DNA of 64,000 bases. Origin: Octopus bimaculoides. Lineage: Eukaryota. Below are positions 12,192 through 25,932 of this stretch, in pieces. The first letter of the stretch is position 1. Every line of letters starts with the position of its first letter. The stretch covers positions 44,616,268 through 44,680,267 of the forward strand of contig NC_068992.1 in assembly GCF_001194135.2 (NCBI RefSeq), given 5' to 3'. The translations under genes were made by a program, and so were the position numbers. The notes beneath the pieces were generated by a model. The model made no database searches, had not been told where the DNA came from, and saw only the letters and a list, made by a program, of their open reading frames with translations.

Positions 12192-12382
12192 AGGCGAGCT
12201 GAAACAACTATTACAAAATGCCGCCGAGCATTTTCCCCGTCTTTATGTTCTGAGTTCAAATTCCACAGGGATCGACTTCGCCTTTCATCCATTCCGAACC
12301 GATGAAATAAGAGCACTGGACTCGATGTAATCGGCATACGCCTTCCCCGAATTTCCTGGCCTTGTGTCAAAATGTGAAAACA
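12192..12382 (+). mobile_element. SINE family A, diverged copy
   Basis: gttctgagttcaaattccacagggatcgacttcgcctttcatcc...cctggccttgtg matches family A. Confidence 0.8.
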
Positions 12383-13067
12383 ATATGATAACGTTTTACA
12401 TATTACAACTGGGACATAGAGATGCGGTTTCAATTATTAAATGGGGAACTGTATATTATATTCATGTTTATGTACTTTTAGTTCCATTTAATACGGATAT
12501 GTATATTCTTCAGGTATTATTTTAGAAAGAAAAATATTTTAGTTTTTAGACATGGCAGCCTTTGATTCTACTGGTCACATAGCATTCATACACATGGAAC
12601 ATTTACACATGTATATTATTTGTATACATATATCCTATATATACTCATACATGCAAATACATCTACGTCCGTGTTGTTATTAAGTGTCTATGGTTGAAAT
12701 GAATGACGATATAACACCACGTGACCGTGTACTAGAATGTTTAACTTATAAAGGCGACCTTTAACTTTGTCGCTTAGATTCATTCTATAGAATTGAAGAG
12801 AAGTATTGATAGACAGAGAGATTGACTGGTAAGTAGATTGGGAGTTATTTAAATAGAGGAAGCGATAAATTGACACAGTTCTTAAATATAAACACGCAAT
12901 CTGCATTCCATAGAACAGATCTCTCTCTCTCTCTCTCTCTGTGCATATATGTATCTATTGCTTGGGATCAGTTTCCATATCTTTTTATAAGCACCCTTCT
13001 CTATTCCTACGTTTGAACATTTCATATATACACCCCAACCCACATATTTACAGACATTACATGCCTA

Positions 13068-13068
13068 C

Positions 13069-13099
<31 letters not shown>

Positions 13100-13330
13100 T
13101 GTATGTATGTATGTATGTATGTATNNNNNNNNNNNNNNNNNNNNNNNNNNNNNNNNNNNNNNNNNNNNNNNNNNNNNNNNNNNNNNNNNNNNNNNNNNNN
13201 NNNNNNNNNNNNNNNNNNNNNNNNNNNNNNNNNNNNNNNNNNNNNNNNNNNNNNNNNNNNNNNNNNNNNNNNNNNNNNNNNTATATATATATATATATAT
13301 TTATGTGCATGTATGTATGTGTGCATAACG
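13068..13330 (+). repeat. (TATG)n/(TA)n microsatellite containing assembly gap 13125-13281
   Basis: Directly visible. Confidence 0.97.
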
Positions 13331-13769
13331 TATATATGTGGATATGCAATTGAATAATTGACATCAAATTATGAGAAATTTATTTGCATTATTTCCAGTT
13401 ATTTGCACTCTTTATTACAATCTATTGTTGCCGTGGCTATTTACAACTGGTTATTGTTGTGGTCATGTACATCTGGTCATTTGTATATTCGACATTAGTT
13501 ATGTCAACATGCTTCTTATAACCGTTTGCTTGGTGGCCCTATCTAAAAGAGACAACATAAATATTGTTAGGGAATCAAGTTAAAATGCAGTTTCAGGTTT
13601 CTAAAATGAACATAGCCCCCTCTTTTTCTTTCTTTATTTTTTCTCCCCCTCTCTCTACCCCTTTGTCTTTCTGGGTCTTTCTCTAACACATTATCTTTCT
13701 AATAAATCTCATTGTCGTCTTAGTTCATTTATTCCTTAGTTAGAATTATTATTGAAAACACTTTCCCTA

Positions 13770-13900
13770 CTGTAGAAGTAAGTGTAACTGTCGGTTTTAG
13801 GACCTCACGTCATAACTACGTGTTTCCGAGTTTCAGTCCTACTGTAATGTACGTTGGAATTTGTTAAAGGAATCTGGTAGACAGAAACTGTAGATATCCG
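13770..13900 (+). mobile_element. SINE family B, strongly decayed copy
   Basis: gtgtttccgagtttcagtcctactg...ggaatctggtagacagaaactgtaga resembles the copy at 26.5 kb. Confidence 0.55.
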
Positions 13901-14049
13901 TTGTATTTCTGTCAATCAATCTATACACTTACACGTGTGAATGTGTATGTGACTGTATCTATGTTTTCCGGGTTAGACCGATAAACTTGTTGACCTATTA
14001 TGTTTATACCGAGACAATATTATCACGAAATCAATATTGTCAATATAAT

Positions 14050-14180
14050 GCAGTGGTAAGGCAATGAACCGTGAAAATGCCGTGCAGTATTTAGATACTG
14101 TCCTTTACGTTCTGATTTCAAATCCAGACAAGATCGACGTTGCCTTTCATCCATCCTGGTTCGATAAAAAGAATGTACGA
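14050..14180 (+). mobile_element. SINE family A, decayed copy
   Basis: ctttacgttctgatttcaaatcc...gatcgacgttgcctttcatcc matches family A. Confidence 0.7.
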
Positions 14181-15254
14181 CTTTTACTCGAGTAAATGTG
14201 ATCTCATAACCTATGTCTCAAATGTGAGTCCCGTGTCTATGTTTAAAATCTATTCATGGAAGAATAGTCATGTATTAGAGGACAAACATAGACAGAAAGA
14301 GAAAGAGAGAAAGAGAGAGACAGAAAGGGAGAGAGTGCTGTTGTGATAAAAGGGAGATAAGTTTATTCCACAATCCATAATGTGAAACAGCACTCATTCG
14401 GTAAACTAAGATGCTGAACAGTGAGAAATATCTATGCATACATGTTCATATCCACAGAGACATACGTACGTACACATATTCATACGTACATAAACACATA
14501 CATACACCTGTTCTTATAAAAACATGTGAAAATAAAAATATTCTCATAAAACATGCTGCATAATGCACATTCAAATTATATTGTTTCAGTGAATACACTT
14601 CATGTTAAATTCTATAGCAGTTTCTACTGAAGTACCAGTGTTATTTGCAGTCCATGGTTTGATAACGCAACTGGTTCTATGGCAAAGTTCTGATTAATTC
14701 GATGCTATTGTGCAAGCAATTTTCATGCAATGCACTTTTCTACTGCAGCTGTTTCCTCGATAGTCAAACTTTTATGTATGGTTTCTACAGTTCTTATGAA
14801 GCATTTCCTCTTTTGGAACAGTTGTTTTGGGGTTAAGAATAGCTAACAGGAAAAATAATTTGTTAGTTGTCACCATGAATTTTAAGACTGGGATTGTCAA
14901 ATTCAATGAATGATGGCGTCTAAAAGAAAGTATTGTCCGAAGTAATGTTTAGCATAAACCCATTTTAAGACACCATTATACTGACATATTGTTATCATCA
15001 TCATCATTATTATTACTGTTAAGTGCAAGACTCAGTAATTCAATCGTTTTGTTGTTCGATCCTTTGTTCACTTTTCATTCTGTTAAACTTTTTCTCTCTC
15101 TACACCGAAGTTTTACACAAACCTCAAATAGTGTAAGTGACGCATTGTAGATAATGTAATGTTTAGAAGTGAACTCGTAAAGTATTGTTGAAAAGAAGAA
15201 TGTAAAAACAAACATGAGGTGCTTTTATCTGCGTTCAGACATGTTTCTAATGAG

Positions 15255-15294
15255 TGAAAGAGAGAGAAAAAGAGATAAGCGTGCGCGCGGGGGT

Positions 15295-15339
<45 letters not shown>

Positions 15340-15349
15340 NNNNNNNNNN

Positions 15350-15384
<35 letters not shown>

Positions 15385-15544
15385 CGGAAAAGAGAGTGAG
15401 AGAGGAGGGGAGAAGAGAGAAATATAGGAAGAGACGAAAAGAGAAAACACACATTCACAAATACACATGCGAGCGCTCACACACACATGTACAGAAAGAC
15501 AAAAATAGAGGGAGGGGAAAAGAGAGAGGAAGATAGATAGATAA

Positions 15545-15625
<81 letters not shown>

Positions 15626-15934
15626 NNNNNNNNNNNNNNNNNNNNNNNNNNNNNNNNNNNNNNNNNNNNNNNNNNNNNNNNNNNNNNNNNNNNNNNNNNN
15701 NNNNNNNNNNNNNNNNNNNNNNNNNNNNNNNNNNNNNNNNNNNNNNNNNNNNNNNNNNNNNNNNNNNNNNNNNNNNNNNNNNNNNNNNNNNNNNNNNNNN
15801 NNNNNNNNNNNNNNNNNNNNNNNNNNNNNNNNNNNNNNNNNNNNNNNNNNNNNNNNNNNNNNNNNNNNNNNNNNNNNNNNNNNNNNNNNNNNNNNNNNNN
15901 NNNNNNNNNNNNNNNNNNNNNNNNNNNNNNNNNN

Positions 15935-15990
<56 letters not shown>
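15255..15990 (+). repeat. Compound (GA)n/(GATA)n/(TA)n/(TATG)n block with gaps 15340-15349 and 15626-15934
   Basis: Directly visible. Confidence 0.97.
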
Positions 15991-15991
<1 letters not shown>

Positions 15992-16829
15992 ATATCTTTT
16001 AAATCGATCTTAGAATGCATATACTTACTGTGTTATCAAATACTAGCTGCAGTGCGAACATATATAACAAAAACGTCGAATATGATTTATCGTGTAAACA
16101 AAAATGATATGGTAAAGCCATCTAAATCTACTTGTGTATATTTGTCATCAACAAATAGAAACTTATTTAAGGTTTTCAGATTCACATTTAAGATTTAAAA
16201 AAAACTATCAGTGTACACTATTTAGTGTAGCTATAAGGTTACAGTTGGTGGATAATAAAATAAATACACACTTAGCCCCTGTGCTAAGTGTGTTCAACTA
16301 GAATATCTTCTACGAGTTATTGGCTTATTAAATACAAGCAATAGATATAAAAGAAATATTACAGGACAATAAACATCAGTGAATAGAACGAAGTCACTTT
16401 CAAAACAAAATTAGGTTCTTGTATTTTCGGGATAAATATGATGTAATCAAGCAGTAAATTTTTGAACTTTGCCAACACATCTCACAAGTGAAGAACATAG
16501 AAGCATAAAAAATGGAAAATATCGGTGTTTTATTGGACTATTGCACTTATTAGATTATTTAGTTGGGATGTGAAAGGAAAATATAACGTTGCAGTATATT
16601 CAAGAATATGAATAGCTTAAAAATGGATATAGCTACAAACGGAGATTAAACCTTTCTTTAAGGTATGCAATAGTTCTAAAACATATCAAAGAAAATGTCA
16701 TGTAGTGAGCTTTACATGATCGATTCTCTAATGAAAGTAATTTCCTATGAATTTTATCATTAATGCCATTATTTCGTCTAACTTACGACATTTATTAATG
16801 GCTGAATCATTACAGTGTCGGATGAAATG

Positions 16830-16925
16830 CAATATTCATTCGTACCCTTTATTTTCCTATTTCGAATCTTACCACGGTCAACTTTAGCCTTCATCGTTTC
16901 TGGATAGATTAAATAAAATATCGTT
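16830..16925 (+). mobile_element. SINE family A remnant
   Basis: ttcgaatcttaccacggtcaactttagccttcatcgtttctggatagattaaataaaata resembles the family A core. Confidence 0.5.
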
Positions 16926-19589
16926 GTTATAAGAAGGGAAGGTGGTGGATGAGATTTAGTAGAGTGCTCGACTAAATGAAACATTTATGTACGTCATATA
17001 TAAATTTTGCAGTTTATTCTAAAGTAGGCACATCAAATACAAGCGAAATGCTAAGTTTATTTATCAGTAGTTTATCTCCACGACTAATTTCACAGCTGTA
17101 TTTCTGAGTGAAATGAGAATTTCTGATACAGCATGGATGTGTCTTGTTGGAAAAAGGTATTTCTGGTACTTTTACTTAAAACTTTTTCATGAGATAGACG
17201 AAAGTTATTTTTCGTTGATTTCTTTTTATGTACCGATGTCGTCGAAATTGTCTTAGGTCAACACGAGATGTGAACAAGCAATCAGCTGAGGTCTCAGTTG
17301 ACATGTCAGGTCTACGGATGCTCTGGTAGATCGTACTCTAAAGTAGCTATATTTTTTTTCATATGTATTCAAATATCTATCAAATTATTTCAAGCACACT
17401 GACTTGTCCTCTTTCGTTCTGCTTTTCCATATGCGTAATTAATCAATTCGTAAAATTTCTCCGCCACAATGACAGCAGAAAGCAACAACAACAACAAAAA
17501 CAAAAAGAACAGCAACAGTTGTAGTAGTATTAGCAACAACAACGACCACACAAAACTATGATTAGAAATTACTGAGTATGATAACGTCCATCAATGTCCG
17601 ACCGTTCTACAGAATTCCTAACAGATTGAAGTTGATATTTAATGCACTCAAATAGGTCTTGTCTATTCCTTTAGAAACAATTAAATGTGGTATTCTAACT
17701 ACTGGGTATCTTTAGATAGAAAATTTACGAGCAACATCAATGTTTTCATCTAATATGTCACATTCCGGCACTGATAAGCATTTCTTTTCTTTATTGTTAA
17801 CTCATGCATATTTAAAGCCGTGACGTAATCTGACCTGAAGAAAAAGAAGACGACATGAAGGTGGGATGGAGTTTGATGGTTTGTTTTCTGTCAAACGCTG
17901 GGTAGATAAGACTGGAAACGTTGACATATATTTCTACTTTTGCGTTTTTATATTCTTTTGTATTCGTAATAATTAACTATTCCTTTCGGTATTTTATTAT
18001 CACAGATATTTTAATTCAGTTGAGGAAGAAATATTGTATTATCTTTTAAGCAGTGAATTTGATAAAATAACGCAATGTTTTTGTTTTTTTTACAACTGGG
18101 ATAGTAAGAATTCTATTCATCAAAACAAATGAAGTGTGATATTGTTGGTAAAACAGGTAGAAGGAGGAGGAAAGAAGTTAAATAATACATTCGAACCAGC
18201 ATCACCTGAAGAGAAAATGATTGAATATTTAATATCCCAACCACACACACACACACACACGCACACACACAGGCTCACACACACAAACATATGCTCACCC
18301 ACACATATATGCAATAATAAATATTTCCATTTCATTAAAGATTTACTTTCTCTTATGTGTGTGCATGTGTGCATATGTGCTTAAGTGTGCGTGTGCGTGT
18401 GTATTTGGGACAAAGTATTTTGTTCTAATACTGCATCCTCCGCCACTCATACTCCTTGTATTTATCATCATTATTCAAAGTCATCTTCATCGTCACCATC
18501 AGTAGTAGCAACCGCCACAATAACCATCCCAATCCTTATACATAAACCTTTATTTTCCTTTCTCATAGTAGAACTATTCGTCAGAATAACCACCGATTGT
18601 CTTTTACAAAGCTATTACACTGTTCGTTATCTGGATTATTAAGTATTTGTTATTTCATATTGACTATTGAAAAGGTCTTGACTATTGAAAAGGTTGCAAG
18701 ACGCAACGAAAATTTTAGGAAAATAAAAATAAGAAATAAGTGGAAATTTTACCGGTGAGTGTGTTAAATTATAAGGCACCAAAAGAGAATGACTCTCCCC
18801 AGACACAACAGAATATACTTCAACGCACGAACTCACATAAAGAATCCTGGAAACCAAATCCCAAAACGAAGTATTTAATACTGATATAGATTTAATCAAT
18901 AATTTCCTAGAATTTTAGTCAGTTAAGAATTCCTTATTCACGGATTCCTATCTTTTTGGTAATCTTCGCGAAGAATCAGAAGTTAACTTCTTTTTATGCT
19001 ACGACTTCATCATATACTTCAGTAAGATGCTGAGGTCATTATTTCTGTGAGGTAATGTAATTTAGAAATAATTTAAACGACAGTTAAAATATTAAAAGAT
19101 TTAATGCACAAATTTATATCAAAAATATTGCTGCAGCCGAGACAAATTACTCTCGCTGTTTGCAAACACCAGGTTTAGTTTGTGATTGTAATTATCCAGT
19201 ATAATTGATTCTAACAGTAAAGATGTCTAGTGTTGAAGAATAATTTGGCAAATGGTCAATTATAACTTTATTCACATTATATTGCAATAATTATTATGGT
19301 GTCTAACAGCTTAGTGAAAAAAAATGAAAGAAAAATGACAGCACGTAACAATGTTTTCAATGTTGCTATCACGACAGAAAGAAAAATAGCTATCGTGAGA
19401 CCAGACTTCTGACCTGATACTTGAAACAGGCAGAATTCCACTAAATGCAGGCAAGAGTCACTTATGTGTGGTAAACTAAACGACGAACGCAAGTCACCAT
19501 CCGGGAACAAATACAATTCAATCCATAGAATGTCACATGCTTATGTGACACAAAGAGATAAAAGAAAGGAAAAGGAGTATTATACTAAC

Positions 19590-19920
19590 TTCAGAGATTC
19601 GCCAGAGAGGAAAGTGCCCGTCTTCAGCGCTTTCAGTCTTGTCCACCACACAACCACTTTCGCCTTGGCCACCAGGCAGATGGAAATTGCCATTCTTTCC
19701 CGATCAAGGGAAAGAGGCGGAGCAATCTTAACAATAGACTCAGTTGATAGCCGGATTCGTGCGACTCGCGACAGCCAGAAATGCTCTACATAAATCTACA
19801 CGTCAGAAATTGTCGTACAGAACGGTTTCATCGCTCTGCACTCATCTCGGGGTAGCTCCGACTGGCGGCACTTTCGTGCCTGTGGAGTTTAAAGACGGAA
19901 CAACAGCAACAACAACAATT
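19590..19920 (+). mobile_element. GC-rich element resembling the 3' end of a non-LTR retroposon (stem-loop plus (CAA)n tail)
   Basis: Locally high GC, hairpin ggcac-tttc-gtgcc, and a caacagcaacaacaacaa tail. A 47-nt segment is shared with about 37000-37047. Confidence 0.4.
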
Positions 19921-22239
19921 GTTTCTAATTTGGAAACAACCATATGATTAGCATTTACAATTATAAAAGAATTTCATCCTCTATGGAAATAGAATCAAAC
20001 TGGTCCGAAAAAGGAAGAATGATGCAGTGATTTCGACATTTTCTGAGGGTTTGTGATAACATCATTCCTGTATCCCCTCATACTTTCATGTTGTCACATG
20101 TAAGAGATAAGTGATATAGATTCTTAGCAGAAGCGCCCCCGTTAACCTCTAATTTTGACAAAATTAAATGATATTTGTTGGTGATATCTATAGGAAAGTA
20201 ATGAATATCTTCATGTAAGGAAATATATTTAGAAAGGAGAATTGAAATTTAACTGTAGAAACCAAACTTAAGCAAAGAACGTCTTCAACAAACCGTCAAT
20301 AGTAAGACGCATTAGAAATTTCACAGTAATGTATCACTCACTTTTACAAACCTATTCTTTATTGATGCTGATATATACATTGTCATTCGTTTTGTCTAAT
20401 GTCTAATTCATTATTTCAATATTCTGTTGGGAATTTCACTTTATTTGGAGCTCTAATATAAACTGTGTGCTGTTTCATTATGTCGACAACCTTATCTGTA
20501 ATTCAATAAAGAAAACGGATACGACACAGATTTACAATGAAACGTAAAGTTTTAATGGACACTTCTAGGAATGTTCAATTTTCCTTTTAACAAAATTGTC
20601 CGTCACTGATAAATATCTTCTTCGTGATGACCAGTTAATACGTGTAATTGATCCTAATAACAATAAGAAAATTGGTTGATTAAATTATTGATGTGACTTG
20701 TAGCGTTGCAGTCTGTTTACGATTGCCACTGAAATATATCTTAACGCATCATAAAACCAAAAGTTATTAAGCATCTTGCGTTAACTCGCAATTTATTTTG
20801 ATGAAGCTAAGTAGAAGAATTCCATGGTGTTTACTAATGATGTGCCTTTTCCGTAAAAAATATGAAACGTAATGAAGCAAATATATATAACGTAATGTCT
20901 ACGTCAAAATGTAAATTGTACTTGCATGTGAAATGTACATCAGCATATATATTGTCGATTACAGGGTTAGAATTTATAGAGAATTTATAGAAAGACATAT
21001 GTGACCAACATAACTATTGGTTCATAAAAAATGTTTGAATTGATCCACAAATGTGTCAAACATAACGGAAAAAAAATTATCTTTGCTGGCAATAGCAAAT
21101 ATTTTTGAAATTCAAGAGAAAGGATGCAGTGTTATGTTCTAATTGGTTACCAATCATCCAAGACATAGCTTTTACTTATGCGAGAGAGATTAAGATATTG
21201 GTTAGTAGTTGACAGATACAGGCTTCAAGATTAAGGTTTTAAATAACATGCCGTGCAAGACAGGTTCAAGTGTCCTCTCTGATATCGTCAACATATCGAG
21301 ATGACAGTGGAGAATTGGGTGAATGGCACAAATCATCCACACATCTATTTACAATGAAAAATAAAACTAATGGGTGTAACTGTATCTTGATATATGTATT
21401 CCTCAAAGATAACAGAATCTCTTTATCGTTGAGCTTAGGGTTATCGTGTGAATAATTCATTCATAATACAAATATCGTTAATTGGATTCTATCATTACTA
21501 TTCTTGTCGATACTACTTATAGCTATTGATTGTCCGCTTGCTCCAATGTTCCTGTTAAAAGTGGGAATAGATATAAATTGACAATCATGTTCGAATCATT
21601 AAAAAAATCAAGATAAATATGCCATTTGCTATCACTGCCCAATAATTTTGATTAAAAATTACCAAAAAAATCTATCTTCTCTGCTTCAACAGTTTAATAG
21701 TTTGAAATCGCCCGCATTCAATATTTGTGCGAAAACAAAACTTTCATCATCTAATTAAAATAAGTTGAAATTAATTTCTGTTTTAGTTATGATGAAATAA
21801 GTGCATATGTGTAAGGCAGAAAGAAAACTGACACAAAATGTACTCAAAAACTCAATCCAAAGACATTTTATGATAATTTTAATTTTCGCGTTCTTAATGC
21901 TGATATTGTGGTTTGACCCGAGGTTAAATAAGTTTTTTTGGCAGAAGTGTTTTGAGGATGACATTAGCCTCTTACTATTAGTTATCCTCATAATTATAAC
22001 CAAATAAGTGTGGAAAAAACGGGGTGGGATATCGTTGTTAGAAATTACCAAGTATAATAAAACAACATATTTTATACATATTAAAAAAATGCCAATTCAA
22101 TTTAAAGAACAGTTATTTTTATATACAAGTTTTACATTTAGAATGTATTTCAATACTGAAGTTGTATTTTATTGATTTTTAATATCAGCAGAAAGAATCA
22201 GAGCAATTATACTATCGACTAAAAAGAAAACAGAAACTT

Positions 22240-22320
22240 CAGTCGCTGGGATTTGAACTCGGAACGTCACTAAATGCTTCATAAAACTTTGTTCGGCGTT
22301 CTAATGTTCCTGGTAAACAC
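22240..22320 (-). mobile_element. SINE family A, 5' fragment
   Basis: gtcgctgggatttgaactcggaacg is the reverse complement of the B-box region. Confidence 0.6.
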
Positions 22321-23469
22321 CAAACTATGCTTCCATTATATGTCCTTAATATTTTTCATCACATTTCCCAAAGAAATCTTACATTCGTTAGAATATTTTT
22401 ACTTTTCGCTTTCTTGCATTTCGTTAGCTATTTATGGTTCGTACAGAAAATATTTTTTCAATGATATTCTGTTTTCTGGTCATAGAATAGATTTCTTCAT
22501 TAACTATTTTGTGGAAAGTCTTCCATTATTTCAACATATAGCTGTACTTTGCGTTCGCCGTAAAATCTTTTCAAACATCATTGACGGTTCCATACAAAGT
22601 CATCAAAAAAGTTTTACCCCATATTTCAAGTTAAAATCTTGCAACCATATATTCATAATTAACTTTGTCATTTAATACTTATTTCAGACTTCCTCTCATC
22701 GCAATTAAAGCTATTTCACAAATATTTAATGCTAGATTCTTCTATGTTAAATATAGAGAATTTTTTATGTTTATATTACATATAGCAAAAATATTAAACC
22801 TCTGTCAGCTGTCTTCGAGTGATTGCCTAAAGTAAGCTTCTTTTAGTTTCTGAAAAACATGTTTGAATACAATCAAGGATGCTATTTGATTTATCTTGTT
22901 GTTTGTAAAAGTCCATATAATTTTCTTTACGGAACTGTCTCATTAACAAACTCATCAGAACACTTTTACTTTTAAACTGTTATCAACATGTAGATGCTGT
23001 CTTGAAACTGATGTTTATTGCTTTCTGAAATCAATATGCTATCCAATTTATCAATAGTTTTTATGTTTTGCTTTTCGCTATATTTGGAATCACTTCCACA
23101 ACTTATTCAAGTTTAATTTTAGTATCAAATATTTATGAAGTTTTCAAACCAGTCAGTTATTGATGTAATATATTTTGACATAGGGTAGACATGAATACTG
23201 ACTATAGAAAATACATTCTTACAGTCTGCCAAGTAAGCAATACCACCTCTACAGCTGTTCTGTCCATCTAGATTCGTGTATAATCAAACTTATATAGAAA
23301 ACAACATTTATCAGATCAATAAAGTTTAAATTTTTAAACAGAGCTAAAGTATTAAGAGTGGAAGAAATAAGCAAAAACTATCATTGACATGAAATATATT
23401 TTATGGTAAAAAAAAAACCATTTGCTCTGGTTTTCACACCACGTCATCATATTTTCCTATAGTGTACTG

Positions 23470-23660
23470 CACGGGCCAGGTTGTAGCTTTAGCTTTTATT
23501 GTTTCAGTCATTAGAGAGCGATTATGCTATGGAAATACATTGAAGAATTTTTAGTCAAATAAATCAACCCCAGTACTTACATTTTAAGGACAGGTATATA
23601 TTCTATTGGCTTCTTTTGCTGAACCGCTAAACGCGTTATAGGTGCGAAACTTATGGTTAC
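23470..23660 (-). mobile_element. SINE-like repeat, family C, decayed
   Basis: tgtttcagtcatt...aatcaaccccagtacttac...tattctattggcttcttttgctgaaccgctaa resembles an abundant octopus repeat as I recall it. Confidence 0.55.
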
Positions 23661-23690
23661 TCTCTTACAGGCCATAGCAATCAGTTTTCT

Positions 23691-23738
<48 letters not shown>

Positions 23739-23769
23739 NNNNNNNNNNTCTGGTGATGGCTTGGATCTG

Positions 23770-23900
23770 TAGTCTTCGAATTAGCTTTCTCCTTTCTAGT
23801 GTTGAGAAGCCTAATTTCTCAAGATTGGTATTTAGGCAGTGTGTTACATATCTCAGGGCCCAAATAATTACAGGTATATATCTGAATTTTTAATCTGGAT
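23770..23900 (-). mobile_element. Possible CR1/L2-type LINE ORF2 C-terminal remnant
   Basis: Minus-strand translation LEKLGFSTLERRKL resembles the CR1-clade motif LKELGLFSLEKRRL. The match is short and frameshifted. Confidence 0.3.
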
Positions 23901-23959
23901 AGGGTAACTGCAGATTTCTCAATTTCTTCACTGTAGGTATTCGCTTTTCACTGATCTTC

Positions 23960-24030
23960 AGCTTCATATTAACAGCCGCTGATCGGATCAACTGGAACCC
24001 TCGACGTTTTAAGCGACAGAGTGCTAACAA
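23960..24030 (-). mobile_element. Fragment of interspersed repeat D
   Basis: Reverse complement gagggttccagttgatccgatcagcgg matches aagggttccagttgatccgatcaacgg at about 43.0 kb. Confidence 0.8.
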
Positions 24031-24358
24031 CAACATGTATGTGTGTGTGTGTATGTATTTATGCATGTATGTTGATGTATGTGTATTTGTGTGTGCGTGC
24101 GAGTGTGAGTGTGTAGGAGCATGCGTTCAAGAAATATATGTATGAGGAAGTCAAATATGATTCTGTGACATTTATGCTTTTCCCCATCTCATTTGTACGA
24201 ATGCTATCATAGCCGTGAATAAATAATTCCACAATCTTAAAGTTTACGTGAAGCTCTATAGAAATGGTCATTGTATCTGAAAGAATAATGTTATTTATTG
24301 TCAAAGAATTTTGTATTTATGAATATCTAAAGAGCTGAGAAACTATATTGTCACTCAC

Positions 24359-24376
24359 CTATAAATCTATCAAGAA
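24359..24376 (-). CDS. Candidate 18-nt microexon (phase 1-1, xLDRFIx)
   Basis: Minus-strand acceptor tgtttatttcaacgcag and donor TAG|gtgagt. The length is a multiple of 3 and only the phase-1 frame is open. Confidence 0.22.
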   Translation of the reverse strand, partial: FLIDL

Positions 24377-25157
24377 CTGCGTTGAAATAAACAGTTAATA
24401 TGAAATAATACAATATGCTTCATAAGATCTTATCATGTGTAAAAAAATGGCATTTTCAAGAATAAATGAATACTTCATATCAGTCTATCAGACCCCGATC
24501 GAGTGTTAAGCGACTAATGAAGAACAAAGGAACACATTACTAAACGGGTGGAAACATTTCATTATGGTTTTATGAAGCCATCTGAAAATATAACCAACAT
24601 GTTAGTTTGAACTCATCTTGAAAGAAGAATGGATTGTCTGATGACATCTTTTCAATCGACCGCTTGATGTAAAATTTATTCCGTATGATCACACCCTATC
24701 TGTTTAGTTTTCTGGTTCAAAGATTATCATTATCAGGAGGCCTTCCAGACGATAACTCTATTATGGGAATATGTAATCAATATATTTGGAATGTTAAGAA
24801 TAGAAAATATTTCTAGAAGAAAAACCGTTTTTATAGTTGCACACTTGAATCAATACAATTTGTTCGTAGTTTCAGAAGAATTGTCATCTAGTTTAGACCA
24901 TCATTAAGAATTCCATTAGCATGTGTGATATTAGCATCGTAGTAAAAGTTTGATGGTAAAGAAATTTCACCATTCTTTCCTTTTGTATTCTCTCCCTATA
25001 AAATATGATCTGCAGTGCGTACATTAATTAACCCAGTTCTGCTAAAATGATACGAAGCTGGAAGAAGCCAGCCTTTAATGAAACAATGCAAGGAATTGAA
25101 AACATGTTTAATTGTTTTTGTGAAAAATCAACCAATCAATCTTCAAAACAGAGACAA

Positions 25158-25198
<41 letters not shown>

Positions 25199-25819
25199 CA
25201 TTGATAAGGTTTGATCAAGAGTTGTATTGATTGGCAAGCTATCAATTTGGAAGCACTTTGTTACAGTTTTAGAAAAGAACATTAGTATTTTAGATGGACG
25301 TTTAAAGCCTAAACATGACGGAACATAACGAAGAGACATCAAAATCGATGAATGAATCTTAGTAAGTGAATGAAGGATTATGGGATATAAAATATGTTTC
25401 TGAACTGCAACATAAAGTCAATAAAATACATCTTACAGGTTATTTAGAAATATTAGTTCAAAGACAAATTAAAAATCTCCCGTCTATCCCTTTAATCTCA
25501 TAAAAAAATATTATTACGTAAGTGGTACAGATAGCAAAATGTTGCACAAGTAAGACAAAGTTATTAAAGTATTGCGGATGAAGATCAAATATATCGTTGA
25601 AGAGTAGAAGTAGTTAAAGAGTAAGTAAGACAATAGTGAGAATATGTTGTGAGAATATTTCCATAAGGAGGTGATTAATTCACTCAATTGTATTAAAAGA
25701 GTGGAGCAACAACACGTTTACATCATCTATTTCTGAAATAAAGTATTAATGGTTATTGTATCCATCAAATCATGAACATGGACATGGTGCGAAATGATAT
25801 GAATATTAATAAAGTCGAA

Positions 25820-25834
25820 GAGAGAGAGAGGTAG

Positions 25835-25929
<95 letters not shown>
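25820..25929 (+). repeat. (GA)n microsatellite
   Basis: Directly visible. Confidence 0.98.

Positions 25930-25932
<3 letters not shown>

Noticed and set aside
16266-16300. 11-bp hairpin acacacttagc/gctaagtgtgt followed by CTAG, resembling a Helitron 3' end
   Set aside because: CTAG is followed by A rather than the expected T, the spacing is short, and no 5' TC end or second copy was found.
21266-21460. ORF containing SPLSSRYVDDI, similar to Penelope-like RT motifs
   Set aside because: The motif is isolated and the spacing to other RT motifs is wrong. It is too short to call.
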